NCBI GenBank assembly: GCA_035567335.1 | Contig: DATMPZ010000048.1 | Coordinates: 7,020 to 71,019 of the forward strand | Direction: 5' to 3' | DNA: 64,000 nt | From: Solirubrobacteraceae bacterium | GTDB taxonomy: Bacteria; Actinomycetota; Thermoleophilia; Solirubrobacterales; Solirubrobacteraceae | Part shown: positions 17,798 through 28,935 of the stretch, piece after piece | How positions within the stretch are numbered: position 1 is the stretch's first letter | Layout of the letters: every line of letters starts with the position of its first letter | Notes under the pieces: model-generated | Database searches by the model: none | What the model was told of the DNA's origin: nothing | What the model saw: only the letters and a program-made list of their open reading frames with translations | Position numbers and translations under genes: made by a program

Positions 17798-19174
17798 TTA
17801 CAGCGTTAGCGAGGCGGGCTGTTCGAGCAGCTCGCGGATGCGCGCCAGGAAGCGCGCGGCGTCGGCGCCGTAGAGGATGCGGTGGTCGCAGGCCAGTGTG
17901 ACCGTCATCGTCTGACGCGCGGCGATCTCACCGTCCTCGCGCACGACGGGGCGGGGGCCGACAGAGCCAACCGCCAGGATCGCCGCCTGTGGCGGATTGA
18001 CGATCGCGGTGAACGCGCTGACGCCGAACATGCCGAGGTTGGAGACCGTGAACGTGCCGCCGCCGAGCTCGGGTGGCGTGATCGAGTGCTCGCGCACGCG
18101 CGAGGCCAGGGCGCGCGTCTCGCGGGCGATCTCGCCGAGCGACTTGGCGTCGGCGTCGAACACGGTCGGCACGATCAGCACGCCGCCGCTCGAGGGTCCG
18201 TCGGCCTCCACCGCGACGGCGATGCCGACGTTGACGCGCCCGTGCAACTGCAGACGCCCGTCGCGATAGCTGGAGTTCGCGCGCGGGTGCTCGCGCAGGG
18301 CCAGCGCGCAGGCCTTGACGACCATGTCGTTGTAGGTGGGTGCGTCCGCTTGGCCGAGGCGCTTGAGCTCGGAGCGCAGCGCGACGCACTCCTCCATGTC
18401 GATGTCGGCCTGGAGTGAGAAGTGGGGGATCGTGGCCTTCGACTCGGCCATGCGCCGGGCGATCGTCTGCTGGGTGCGCGAGAGCTCGATCTCGGTCGTC
18501 TCGCCGCGGGCCGTTGTCACACCCGCGAGCGCCGCTCCGGGCGACGAGCCGGCGGCCGCACCGGTGGTGGCCGTGTCTGCTACGCCGGATGGCCCGTCTG
18601 CGGCGTCGGCGGTCGTGCGGGGTGTCTCGGTGTGGACCGTCGAGGCGACCGCCTGGACGTCGGCCTTGACGATGCGCCCGCCCGGGCCCGTGCCGGTGAG
18701 CGCGTGCAGATCCACGTCGTTCTCCCGCGCGATGCGCCGCGCCAGCGGCGACGCCTTGACGCGCTTCTGGTTTGCCGTGGGGCTCGTCTCCGCCACCGGG
18801 CCCGGGATGGCCTCGCGGACGGCCTCGGCAGGTGTGGAGGGAGTAGCCGCACCAGACTGGCCGGCTGCAGCGACGGCGCCCTCGTTCGCATCCCCGCCGC
18901 CGGAGGTCACGTGCGCGTCCTGACCGCCCACGCCGGTCCCGTCGCCCGAGCCCACCTGCGCGATCACCGCGCCGACCGGCAGCGTGTCGCCCTCGGCGGC
19001 GACGATCTGAAGGACGCCGTCGAGGTCTGACTCGTAGGTCATGGTCGCCTTGTCGGTCTCGATCTCGACGATCTCCTGCCCGCGCCGCACCGGCTCGCCG
19101 TCGGCGGCGAGCCAGCGCAGGATCGTGCCCTCCTCCATCGTGTCGGACAGGCGCGGCATGACGATCTCGGCCAT
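17798..19174 (-). CDS. pdhC: Dihydrolipoamide acetyltransferase (E2)
   Basis: MAEIVMPRLSDTMEEG, lipoyl ETDKA, PSBD ASPLARRIA..GTGPGGRI, DHRILYG. Confidence 0.95.
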   Translation of the reverse strand: MAEIVMPRLSDTMEEGTILRWLAADGEPVRRGQEIVEIETDKATMTYESDLDGVLQIVAAEGDTLPVGAVIAQVGSGDGTGVGGQDAHVTSGGGDANEGAVAAAGQSGAATPSTPAEAVREAIPGPVAETSPTANQKRVKASPLARRIARENDVDLHALTGTGPGGRIVKADVQAVASTVHTETPRTTADAADGPSGVADTATTGAAAGSSPGAALAGVTTARGETTEIELSRTQQTIARRMAESKATIPHFSLQADIDMEECVALRSELKRLGQADAPTYNDMVVKACALALREHPRANSSYRDGRLQLHGRVNVGIAVAVEADGPSSGGVLIVPTVFDADAKSLGEIARETRALASRVREHSITPPELGGGTFTVSNLGMFGVSAFTAIVNPPQAAILAVGSVGPRPVVREDGEIAARQTMTVTLACDHRILYGADAARFLARIRELLEQPASLTL

Positions 19175-19233
19175 CAGCGCGTCTCTCCCGGAGTGAGACA
19201 CGCGCCCACGTAAAGGCCTGTGCGTCCGGCCAT
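19174..19233 (-). CDS. 19-aa bridging mini-ORF between pdhB and pdhC
   Basis: MAGRTGLYVGACLTPGETR; TGATG overlaps at both ends; CTGATGGCCG present at both junctions. Confidence 0.35.
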   Translation of the reverse strand: MAGRTGLYVGACLTPGETR

Positions 19234-20258
19234 CAGAGCCCCTCCTGCGCGGCGACGGGCGTGTCGGAGCCCTCGCCCCGCCCGAGTGTGGCCAGCGCGG
19301 CGGCCACCACCTGAGGCTCATGTGGAAATGCGATTTCCTCCAGCGGCTTGGAGTAGGGCATCGGCACGTCCGCGCCCGACACGCGTGCGACCGGGGCGTC
19401 GAGGTCATCGAAGGCGTGCTCGGCGATCAGCGCGGCGAGGTTCGCGCCGACGCCTCCGTGCGGCCAGCCCTCCTCGACGACGACGCAGCGGTTGGTGGTG
19501 TGCACGGAGGCGAGGATCGTGTCCAGGTCCAGCGGGCGCAGCGTACGCGGGTCGATCACCTCCGCCTGCACCCCGTGCTCGTCGGCGAGCGTGGTGGCCG
19601 CCCGTTCGGCGGTGAGCGCCATCCGCGAGACGCCGACGATCGTCACGTCCGAGCCCTCGCGGCAGACGCGCGCGCGGCCGAACTCGACGAGCGCGTCCTC
19701 GTCGTCTGCCACCTCTCCGCGGACGCCGTACAGCGACTCGTGCTCGATGAAGATGACCGGGTTCTCGTCGCGGATCGCCGTCTTCAACATGCCCTTGGCG
19801 TCGGCGGGCGTGGCGGGCACGGCGACGAGCAGGCCGGGGACGTGCAGGAACATCGCCTCCAGGCAGTGCGAGTGGGTCGGCCCGAGCTGGTGGCCGGCGC
19901 CCTGGGGCATGCGGATGACCAGCGGCACCGATACCTGGCCGCCGAACATGTAGCGGATGTGCGCGGCGTGGTTGACGATCTGGTCGAACGCGAGCAGCGA
20001 GAAGTTGATCGTCATCAGCTCGACCACGGGGCGCAGGCCGGTCATCGCCGCGCCGACGCCGATGCCGACGATCGTGTTCTCCGAGATCGGCGTGTCGCGC
20101 ACGCGCCGCTCCCCGAACTGCTCGAGCAGACCCTCGGTGACTTTGAACGCGCCCCCGAACACGCCGATGTCCTCGCCGAGCAGCACCACGCGCTCGTCGC
20201 GGCGCAGCTCCTCGCGCAGCGCCGCGTTCAGGGCTTCGCGATAGCGCAGCTCGCTCAC
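19233..20258 (-). CDS. pdhB: Pyruvate dehydrogenase E1 beta subunit
   Basis: LRYREALN, GEDIG, DTPISE, GPTHSH, IDPRTLRPLD; GTG start at 20258. Confidence 0.95.
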   Translation of the reverse strand: MSELRYREALNAALREELRRDERVVLLGEDIGVFGGAFKVTEGLLEQFGERRVRDTPISENTIVGIGVGAAMTGLRPVVELMTINFSLLAFDQIVNHAAHIRYMFGGQVSVPLVIRMPQGAGHQLGPTHSHCLEAMFLHVPGLLVAVPATPADAKGMLKTAIRDENPVIFIEHESLYGVRGEVADDEDALVEFGRARVCREGSDVTIVGVSRMALTAERAATTLADEHGVQAEVIDPRTLRPLDLDTILASVHTTNRCVVVEEGWPHGGVGANLAALIAEHAFDDLDAPVARVSGADVPMPYSKPLEEIAFPHEPQVVAAALATLGRGEGSDTPVAAQEGL

Positions 20259-20401
20259 CGGCGCCTCCCGCCGAGCGGCGGAGTGGCCGGCGGCGCGGCC
20301 ACGTGCGGGGATGTCCAGGGCGTGGATGTGGGCGTGGATGTCGGCGACACCGATGCCCGCGCGGACGAAGGGCGACCGGATGCAGGGCGGCGGGCGCTCA
20401 T
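20255..20401 (-). CDS. 48-aa S/P/T-rich bridging mini-ORF between pdhA and pdhB
   Basis: Starts at the ATGA overlap with the pdhA stop, ends at the GTGA overlap with the pdhB start. Confidence 0.3.
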   Translation of the reverse strand: MSARRPASGRPSSARASVSPTSTPTSTPWTSPHVAAPPATPPLGGRRR

Positions 20402-21447
20402 GCGTGGTACCGCCCGTGGGGCTGCTCCCCAAGCACGTATACGTCCTCATACAGCGACTCGGGCGTGGGAAACGGCGAGTTCTCGGCGAACTCCACGGCG
20501 CGCTCGACCTGCTCGGCCGCCTCGCGCTCGATCAGCTCGCGCGCCGCTGTGTCGAGAACGCCCTCGCGCTGCAGCCGCTCGCCGAACTGGGGGATCGGGT
20601 CGCGCTCGCGCCACTGAGCGACCTCCTCCCTCGTGCGGTACTCCTCGGGGTCGGCCATCGAGTGGCCGCGAAAGCGATAGGTGACGGCCTCCACCAGCAG
20701 CGGGCGGCGGTCCTCGCGCACGCGCCGGATGGCCTCGTCGACGACGGTGTAGGTGTCGAGCACGTCCATCCCGTCGCAGCGCACGCCGGCGACGCCGAGC
20801 GACTCGCCCTTGCGGCGCAGGTCGGTCACCGCCGAGTGGCGCTCGATCGAGGTGCCCATGCCGAACTGGTTGTTGACGACCATGAACACGACCGGCAACC
20901 GCCACAACGCGGCGAGGTTGAGCGTTTCACCGAACGTGCCCTGGTTGGTGGCGCCGTCGCCGAACGCGCACAGCGTGACCTCGTCGCGGGCGAGATAGTC
21001 GCTGCTCAGGCCGATGCCCGCCCCGATCGGCAGGTTGCCGCCGACGATCCCGTAGCCGCCCATGAAGCGGCGCTCGAAGTCGAACATGTGCATCGAACCG
21101 CCGTGCCCGCCACAACAGCCGTCGGCGCGCCCGAACAGCTCGGCCATGACCCGCTCGGGCGGGGTGCCGCGCGCGATCGCGTTGCCGTGCGAACGGTAGG
21201 TCGAGATCAGGTAGTCCTCGTCACGCAACGCGCGCGCGGCGCCGACGATCGTCGCCTCCTCGCCGATCGACAGGTGCAGGAACCCGCCGATCTTCGCCCG
21301 CGCGTACATCTCCCCTGCCCGCTCCTCGAAGCGGCGGATGAGCGTCATGGTTGCAAGCCACTCGCGGGCGACAGCGGGCTCCGGCAGGGGCGCGTGCGGG
21401 GGCGCCGGGCCCTCGCCGGTGGCAGCCGAAGCGCGCTCCTGAGCCAT
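20398..21447 (-). CDS. pdhA: Pyruvate dehydrogenase E1 alpha subunit
   Basis: IGGFLHLSIGEEA, TPP motif GDGATNQG..NN, YRFRGHSMADP. Confidence 0.95.
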   Translation of the reverse strand: MAQERASAATGEGPAPPHAPLPEPAVAREWLATMTLIRRFEERAGEMYARAKIGGFLHLSIGEEATIVGAARALRDEDYLISTYRSHGNAIARGTPPERVMAELFGRADGCCGGHGGSMHMFDFERRFMGGYGIVGGNLPIGAGIGLSSDYLARDEVTLCAFGDGATNQGTFGETLNLAALWRLPVVFMVVNNQFGMGTSIERHSAVTDLRRKGESLGVAGVRCDGMDVLDTYTVVDEAIRRVREDRRPLLVEAVTYRFRGHSMADPEEYRTREEVAQWRERDPIPQFGERLQREGVLDTAARELIEREAAEQVERAVEFAENSPFPTPESLYEDVYVLGEQPHGRYHA

Positions 21448-21484
21448 CCAGGCAACCTTAGAACACGCATGGCCGGCCCGGTGA

Positions 21485-21724
21485 CTACGCTTCGACGGCG
21501 CTCCAGCGCGCGAGGAACTCCTCGGCCTGCAGCTGCGACAGATCGGCGCGCAGCGCCCGGGCCGTACGCGAGGCGGTCTGCGGCGGGAGATCCCAGAACA
21601 GCACGACCTCGCCGGAGTCGATCTCGACGACCTCGATGTGGTCTACCCGGGTCGCGTCGGCGAGCAGCGCAGGGGTCAACCCGCCGCGGGTGACGATCAG
21701 GCGATACGCGCGGTTGGCTCTCAT
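21485..21724 (-). CDS. Hypothetical protein (79 aa)
   Basis: MRANRAYRLIVTRGG...EEFLARWSAVEA; ATGA-coupled to the upstream gene; host-like codon use. Confidence 0.65.
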   Translation of the reverse strand: MRANRAYRLIVTRGGLTPALLADATRVDHIEVVEIDSGEVVLFWDLPPQTASRTARALRADLSQLQAEEFLARWSAVEA

Positions 21725-22335
21725 GTCACGGCCGTCCGCCCGAGTGCGCCGGTCCTGCCGAGTGCGCTCGCGCGCTTGAGGGCGTCCTCGCCGACGAACA
21801 CGTGTGTGCCGATGCGAACCGCGGGAACGTCGCTCACGCCGGCTTGCGCGGCCGCCGCCGTCGTGGCGTCCAGCTGCGCGCGCACGGAGATGAGCTCGGC
21901 GCCCTTCAACACCGCGGCCGGATGCATCTCGCACGCCGCGGCGGCGATCAGCACGTTGTCGGGCTCGCCGAGCGAGCGCCCTCCGGCGAACGCCTGGCGG
22001 AACGCGGCCTGCGCAAACGGCACGGTGCGGCCGATCGACTTGGCGTACGTCGCGGCGCGCATCGCGAGCGTGCTGTCGAACGGGAACTCCGCCGGCCAGC
22101 GCAGTGGCTGCAGTGCGAGCGAGCGCGCGCGACGGGCGACGTCCACGCGAAAGACGTCTTCGTCCTCATGGCAGCGGAACGCGTCGAACGTCTCCGCTCC
22201 CGGCAGGTCGCGGGCGAGCACCGGCTGCCACTGCACCGGACCCGGCAGCACATGCAGGATGCGCTCCGCGGCGAGGTAGGCCAGCGGGCTGGCCAGGTCG
22301 AAGTAGAAAGCGGCGTCCGGTGCGGTCATCGGCAT
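21721..22335 (-). CDS. DsbA-family / 2-hydroxychromene-2-carboxylate isomerase-like protein
   Basis: FYFDLASPLAYL N-terminus; GVSDVPAVRIG..FVG C-terminus. Confidence 0.8.
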   Translation of the reverse strand: MPMTAPDAAFYFDLASPLAYLAAERILHVLPGPVQWQPVLARDLPGAETFDAFRCHEDEDVFRVDVARRARSLALQPLRWPAEFPFDSTLAMRAATYAKSIGRTVPFAQAAFRQAFAGGRSLGEPDNVLIAAAACEMHPAAVLKGAELISVRAQLDATTAAAAQAGVSDVPAVRIGTHVFVGEDALKRASALGRTGALGRTAVT

Positions 22336-22426
22336 CGAGGTTCAAGGCCCCGTGCCGGTGGGCGGGAGGTGGAGGTCTGGCAGGCGATCGGGTCTGCGCC
22401 GCGCCCGGCAGGAGGCGGGGGGATCG

Positions 22427-22555
22427 TTATCTTTTTAAAACTTTGTTTACCATAGTATGGCGGCATATACGAAAGTAGAACCTAAAGTATAAATAATAGT
22501 ATATACCCTACTACTATGGCACACCAACGGATAACAACACAACACACCACCACCC
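22427..22555. other. Strongly AT-rich intergenic patch with nested inverted repeats
   Basis: CCATAGTA 22450-22457/TACTATGG 22512-22519 and ATATAC 22465-22470/GTATAT 22499-22504 share one symmetry centre. Confidence 0.6.
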
Positions 22556-22575
22556 AGGTCTCCGCGAACATACTC

Positions 22576-23964
22576 TCAGCCGTGAATCAGCCACCCATCC
22601 GCCGCGCGTCCCGCCTCCATGACCGCCTCCGATAGCGTCGGGTGGCCGTGGATGATGCGCGCGACCTCGGCATAACCGCCCTCCAGCGCGCGCACGTTGA
22701 CGAGCTCCTGGATCAACTCGGTCGCGCGCGAGCCGACGATATGTCCGCCGAGCAACTCGCCGTAGCGCGACTCCCCCACGAGCTTGACCAGCCCGGTGCG
22801 ATCGCCATAGACGGTGCCCCCGCCGACCGCGCCGTAGGGGACCTTGCCGACCACGACGTCGTAGCCCTGCTCGCGCGCCTGTGCCTCGGTCAGCCCGAAC
22901 GAGCCGACGTTGGGCGTGCAGAACGTCGCGCGCGGGATGTCCACGTAGGACAGCGGGTGAGTCTGCAGGCCGGCCGAGTCCTCGACGGCGATAATGCCCT
23001 CGTCGGAGGCCTTGTGCGCGAGCGCGGGACCGGCGACGAGGTCGCCGATCGCATACACGCCCGGCGCTGAGGTGCGCAGCGCGCCGTCGACCCTGACGAG
23101 GCCACGCGCGTCCAGCTGCACGCCGGCTGCCTCCAGGCCGAGCGCATCGACGTCGGGACCGCGGCCGGCGGCGATCGCCAGATAGTCGACTTCGGTCTCC
23201 TCGCCGCCGTAGGTGAACGTCACGCCGGAGTCCGACGGCTGCACCGACTCGATGGGAGTGCCCGTGTGCACGCCGATCGACTGGCGCTTCAGCCCACGCT
23301 CCACCAGGCGCGAGATGTCGGCGTCCTCGCTGGGGAGCACGCGCTCGAGCGCCTCCAGCAGCAGCACCTCGCTGCCGAGTCGCGCGAACCCCGAGGCGAT
23401 CTCCGCGCCCGAGGCGCCGGCGCCGACGACCGCGAGGCGCGCGGGCAGATCGGACAATGCCCAGGCCTCCTCGGTGCCGAGCACCCGTCCCCCGAGCTCG
23501 ACTCCGGGGATGGCGCGCGCAACCGAGCCGGCGGCGAGGATCACGGTCGCGGCGCTCAACTCGCGCTGGCCCACCCGCACCGGGACGGCGCCCGTGGCGC
23601 TGCCGCCTGGACCGAGCGAGGCCTTGCCCTCTATCAGCTCGATCCCACCTTTCTTGAACAGCCCCCCGACCCCGCCGGTCAGCGTCGAGACGACCTTTTC
23701 GCGCCGCGCCTGCACGGCCGGATAGTCGACCTCGACGCCCGACACCCTCAGCCCGAACTCCTCGGCGTCGCGGATCTCCGACAGCAGGTCGGCCGAGCGC
23801 AGCACGGCCTTGGCGGGGATGCACGCGTAGTTCAGACAGCGCCCGCCGACCCTGTCCTGCTCGACGACGGCGGTCTTTTTTCCGAGCTGGGCGGCACGGA
23901 TCGCGGCCACGTAACCACCCGGCCCGGAGCCGATCACGATGCAGTCGTAGGAGGTCTCTGCCAT
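22576..23964 (-). CDS. lpdA: Dihydrolipoyl dehydrogenase (E3)
   Basis: GSGPGG, GGRCLNYACIP redox motif, HPTLSEA. Confidence 0.96.
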   Translation of the reverse strand: MAETSYDCIVIGSGPGGYVAAIRAAQLGKKTAVVEQDRVGGRCLNYACIPAKAVLRSADLLSEIRDAEEFGLRVSGVEVDYPAVQARREKVVSTLTGGVGGLFKKGGIELIEGKASLGPGGSATGAVPVRVGQRELSAATVILAAGSVARAIPGVELGGRVLGTEEAWALSDLPARLAVVGAGASGAEIASGFARLGSEVLLLEALERVLPSEDADISRLVERGLKRQSIGVHTGTPIESVQPSDSGVTFTYGGEETEVDYLAIAAGRGPDVDALGLEAAGVQLDARGLVRVDGALRTSAPGVYAIGDLVAGPALAHKASDEGIIAVEDSAGLQTHPLSYVDIPRATFCTPNVGSFGLTEAQAREQGYDVVVGKVPYGAVGGGTVYGDRTGLVKLVGESRYGELLGGHIVGSRATELIQELVNVRALEGGYAEVARIIHGHPTLSEAVMEAGRAADGWLIHG

Positions 23965-24090
23965 GGCTGCTCGGAGCCTATCGAAGCCGGGCATGCGGCC
24001 AGAGCCGTCTCGCAAGGCTCTTGGCGATCACCGCGTTGCGCCGAGGCCGTCGAGAGTCGAGCGCCACCAGACGCAGGGAGCGCGGCGTGC

Positions 24091-24120
24091 CGGCCGATCG
24101 GAGATCCAGTCCGATCGGTA
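24091..24120. repeat. Internally deleted copy of the GATC palindromic element
   Basis: CCGATCGGA-GATCCAG-TCCGATCGG 24094-24118, with flanks like the full copies. Confidence 0.75.
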
Positions 24121-24139
24121 AGGACGCCGTAACGCGAGG

Positions 24140-24550
24140 CTATCGGCGGTCCCGGGCCTGAATGCGTCCCATCACCCGCACCAGCTTCCAGAACAGCCAC
24201 CCCGCGAGCCCGATCGACACCAGGCACAAACCGGCGGCGAGCGGCGTGGAGGCGACCACCAGCGCGAGCGAGGTCACGAGGATCTGAAACGCGAGCAGCG
24301 CCTCGAACGCGAGCACCGCCCAGTAGCGGCGCCGGTACATCCCGAGCGCGAGCAGCGCGAGCACGCATGCCAGGAACACTCCGCCCGCCGGCGACCCCCC
24401 GTGGCGGCTGAGGCCGTGGACCGTGAGTGTGCCGACGACCACTCCCAGCGCGAGCAGCACGGCGACGACCACGGCGACGAGCAGGGCCGGCGAGCGCTCG
24501 CCGGGTCCGAGCGGTGTCAGCGAAGCCCGCGCCTGCGCATCGCGCGTCAC
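24140..24550 (-). CDS. Membrane protein (about 4 TM)
   Basis: Hydrophobic helices, RRRYWAVLAFEALL; GTGA overlap with the thiE stop. Confidence 0.7.
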   Translation of the reverse strand: MTRDAQARASLTPLGPGERSPALLVAVVVAVLLALGVVVGTLTVHGLSRHGGSPAGGVFLACVLALLALGMYRRRYWAVLAFEALLAFQILVTSLALVVASTPLAAGLCLVSIGLAGWLFWKLVRVMGRIQARDRR

Positions 24551-25230
24551 AGCAGTGCGCGCAGTTCGCGCGCCGCGCGCGCGGGGTTCTCGGCCTCGGC
24601 GACGGCGCGGAGAACACACACACGGGTAGCCCCCGCCGCGGTGGCCTCGCCGACGTTGCCGGCACCCAGGCCGCCGATCGCGAAAAACGGCACGCGGGCG
24701 TGGGCCGCCGCATAGCGCACGAGCTCGAGCCCGACGGCGCGGCGGCCCGGCTTCGTCGGCGTTGTGTGAACGGGGCCGACGCCGATGTAGTCGACGAGGG
24801 CAGGATCGGCCGCGTCGATCTCTTCCGGTGAGTGCGTCGAAAGGCCGACCAGCATGTCCGCACCGACGATGGCGCGCACCTCGGCCACCGCCATGTCGTC
24901 TTGCCCCACGTGCACGCCATCGGCACGGACTTCCCGGGCGATCTCGGGATAGTCGTTGACGACGAACAGCGCGCCGTGTTCTTCGCACAGCTCGGCCGCG
25001 TGACCGGCCGCTTCGAGCATGAACCGCCGCTCGTAGGGATCCTCGCGCCAAGCGCTGTTCTTCTCGCGCAGCTGCACGATTTCCACGCCTCCGGCGATCG
25101 TCGCAGGCAGGAAGTCCCGCAGACTGTGGCCGCCGGGCATGGCATCGCACACGAGATACAGCCGCGCGGCGGCGAGACGTGCACGACGGTCGTCACCGAT
25201 CGGGTTGGGCACGACACGCAGGTGGGACAT
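24547..25230 (-). CDS. thiE: Thiamine-phosphate synthase
   Basis: VQLREK, VNDY, DGVHVGQDD, GLSTH, TPTK, FAIGG. Confidence 0.95.
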   Translation of the reverse strand: MSHLRVVPNPIGDDRRARLAAARLYLVCDAMPGGHSLRDFLPATIAGGVEIVQLREKNSAWREDPYERRFMLEAAGHAAELCEEHGALFVVNDYPEIAREVRADGVHVGQDDMAVAEVRAIVGADMLVGLSTHSPEEIDAADPALVDYIGVGPVHTTPTKPGRRAVGLELVRYAAAHARVPFFAIGGLGAGNVGEATAAGATRVCVLRAVAEAENPARAARELRALL

Positions 25231-25264
25231 CGCGCAAGTCTGACACCGGACTAGCATCAACCGT

Positions 25265-26418
25265 ATGTCCGAGCACACCGAGTCGGCCGATGTCGCGATC
25301 GTCGGCGGTGGGATCGTCGGGCTCGCCTGCGCCTGGCGTGCCCGCCTGCAGGGGATGTCGGTGACGCTGCTGGAGCGCGATCGCGTCGGGCGAGGCGCCT
25401 CGCACGTGGCGGCGGGGATGCTGGCGCCGGTGTCCGAGGTCGAGTTCGGCACGGCGGGCAGAAGGCTGTTGGAGCTGGGGCTGCGCTCGGCCGAGATGTG
25501 GCCGGGGTTCGCGCGCGCGCTGGAAGAGACGGCGGGCACCGGTGTGGGGCTGCTGAGGACGGGCACGCTCGTGCTCGCCCGCGACGAGGACGAGGCGCGC
25601 GAGCTCGAGCGCCGGCTCGTGTTTCGCCGCTCGCTGGGCTTGCACACCGAGCGGTTGCGCGCGAGCGAGGCGCGCGAGCGCGAGCCGGGGCTGGCGCCGG
25701 CCGTACGGCTGGCGATCGAAGCGCCGGACGACCACTCGGTCGATCCGCGGCTGGCGCTCGCGGCGCTGCGCCGTGTCTGCGAGATCGCCGGGGTCACCGT
25801 CCGTGAGCACGCCACGGTCGAGTCGGTCGAGCTGGATGAGCACCACGAGCGCGCGATCGGCCTGCTGCTGCGTGGAGGCGAGCGTGTCAGGGCCGCTGAC
25901 TTCGTGCTCGCCGCCGGCCCGTGGAGCGGGCAGATCGAGGGGTTGCCCGCTGCCGCGCAGGTGCGCGTGCGTCCGGTCAAGGGCCAGATCCTGCGTCTGC
26001 GCGATCCGGCGGGCGCGGGTCTGCTGAGCCGCGTCGTGCGCTTCGAGGGCGGCTATCTCGTGCCGCGCGCGGACGGCCGGTACGCGCTCGGCGCGACGGT
26101 CGAGGAGCAGGGCTTCGATCTGAGCCCGACCGCCGGCGGAGTGTATGAGCTGCTGCGTGATGCCAGCGAGCTCGTGCCGGGGATCGACGAGCTGCGAATC
26201 GAGGAGCTGTCCGTCGGGCTGCGCCCCGGCACCCCTGATAACGCCCCGGTGATCGGCCGCGGCGCGCTGACGGGGCTCGTGTGGGCGACGGGCCACCACC
26301 GCAACGGGATCCTGCTCGCGCCGCTCACCGCCGAGCTGGTTGCCGCTGCCCTCGCCGGCGAGCCCCCCGGGCCGCTCGCCGAGTCCTGCCGGCCGGATCG
26401 CTTCGAGGCGGTGCCCGC

Positions 26419-26422
<4 letters not shown>
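25265..26422 (+). CDS. thiO: Glycine oxidase
   Basis: GGGIVG, AAGML, VKGQ, GLRPG, GHHRNGILLAP. Confidence 0.93.
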
Positions 26423-27950
<1,528 letters not shown>

Positions 27951-27975
27951 GGCGTCATCCTAGACTGCCGGGTCC

Positions 27976-28935
27976 ATGCCTCGCCACTTCCTCACCGGGG
28001 CCGAGCTGACCGCCGCCGAGCTGCACGCGCTACTCGACCGCGCGCTCGAGCTGAAGGCCGCCCCGCTGTCCTCCCAGGCGCTCGCCGGGCGCAGCGTCGC
28101 GCTGATCTTCCAGAGGCCCTCCACGCGCACACGGCTGTCGTTCGAGGTGGGGGTGCGCGAGCTCGGCGGCCATTCCGTCGTGCTGCGCGCCGAGGAGCTG
28201 CAGCTCTCGCGCGGGGAGGCGCTGCGCGACACCGCCTACGTCCTCTCCCGGCACGTCGTCGCGGTGGGGGTGCGCACCGGACCCGACGCGATGCTCAGCG
28301 AGCTGGCCGAGCACAGCGGCGTGCCGATCGTGAACATGCTCACCGCGCTGCACCACCCCTGCCAGGCGCTGGCCGACCTGCTCACGCTGCGCGAGGCGTA
28401 TGGCTCGCTGGAGGGCGTACGCGTGGCGTATGTAGGCGACGGCAACAACGTCGCGCGCTCGCTCGCGCTGCTCGGCACCCTCGCGGGGATGCACGTGGCG
28501 ATCGCCTCGCCCGCCGGCTACACGCTCGACGAGCAGGCTACGCCGCTGCCCGCGCCCGCTGGCGCGACGGGAACGCTCGAGCTGCACACCGACCCCCGCG
28601 CGGCGGTGCAGGGCGCGCAGGCGGTGTATGCGGACGTGTGGGTGAGCATGGGCGACGAGGACACCGCCACCGATCGGCGATCGATGGGATCGCCGATCGA
28701 CCGGCGCCGCGCCGCGCTCGCCTCCTACCGGCTCGACGACGCGCTGCTGGACGCGGCCGCGCCGGGCGCGTTCGCGATGCACGACCTGCCCGCGCATCCC
28801 GGCGAGGAGATCGCCGCCGAGGTCCTCTACGGCGAGCGCCAGCGCATCTGGGACCAGGCCGAGAACCGCCGCCACGCGCAGAAGGCGCTGCTGGAGCTCT
28901 TGGTCGCGCCCGCGGCCGGCCCCGCGTCGCGATGA
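27976..28935 (+). CDS. argF: Ornithine carbamoyltransferase carrying an in-frame palindrome insertion
   Basis: STRT, HPCQ, GDGNN, SMG, HDLP, QAENR. Confidence 0.93.
   Translation: MPRHFLTGAELTAAELHALLDRALELKAAPLSSQALAGRSVALIFQRPSTRTRLSFEVGVRELGGHSVVLRAEELQLSRGEALRDTAYVLSRHVVAVGVRTGPDAMLSELAEHSGVPIVNMLTALHHPCQALADLLTLREAYGSLEGVRVAYVGDGNNVARSLALLGTLAGMHVAIASPAGYTLDEQATPLPAPAGATGTLELHTDPRAAVQGAQAVYADVWVSMGDEDTATDRRSMGSPIDRRRAALASYRLDDALLDAAAPGAFAMHDLPAHPGEEIAAEVLYGERQRIWDQAENRRHAQKALLELLVAPAAGPASR
28668..28705. repeat. GATC palindromic element inserted in frame in argF
   Basis: 12-bp IR CGATCGGCGATC 28671-28682/GATCGCCGATCG 28688-28699; encodes part of TDRRSMGSPIDR. Confidence 0.75.

Noticed and set aside
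25231-25264. TPP riboswitch for the thi genes
   Set aside because: thiE and thiO are divergent with only 34 nt between them, and no TPP aptamer motif was seen
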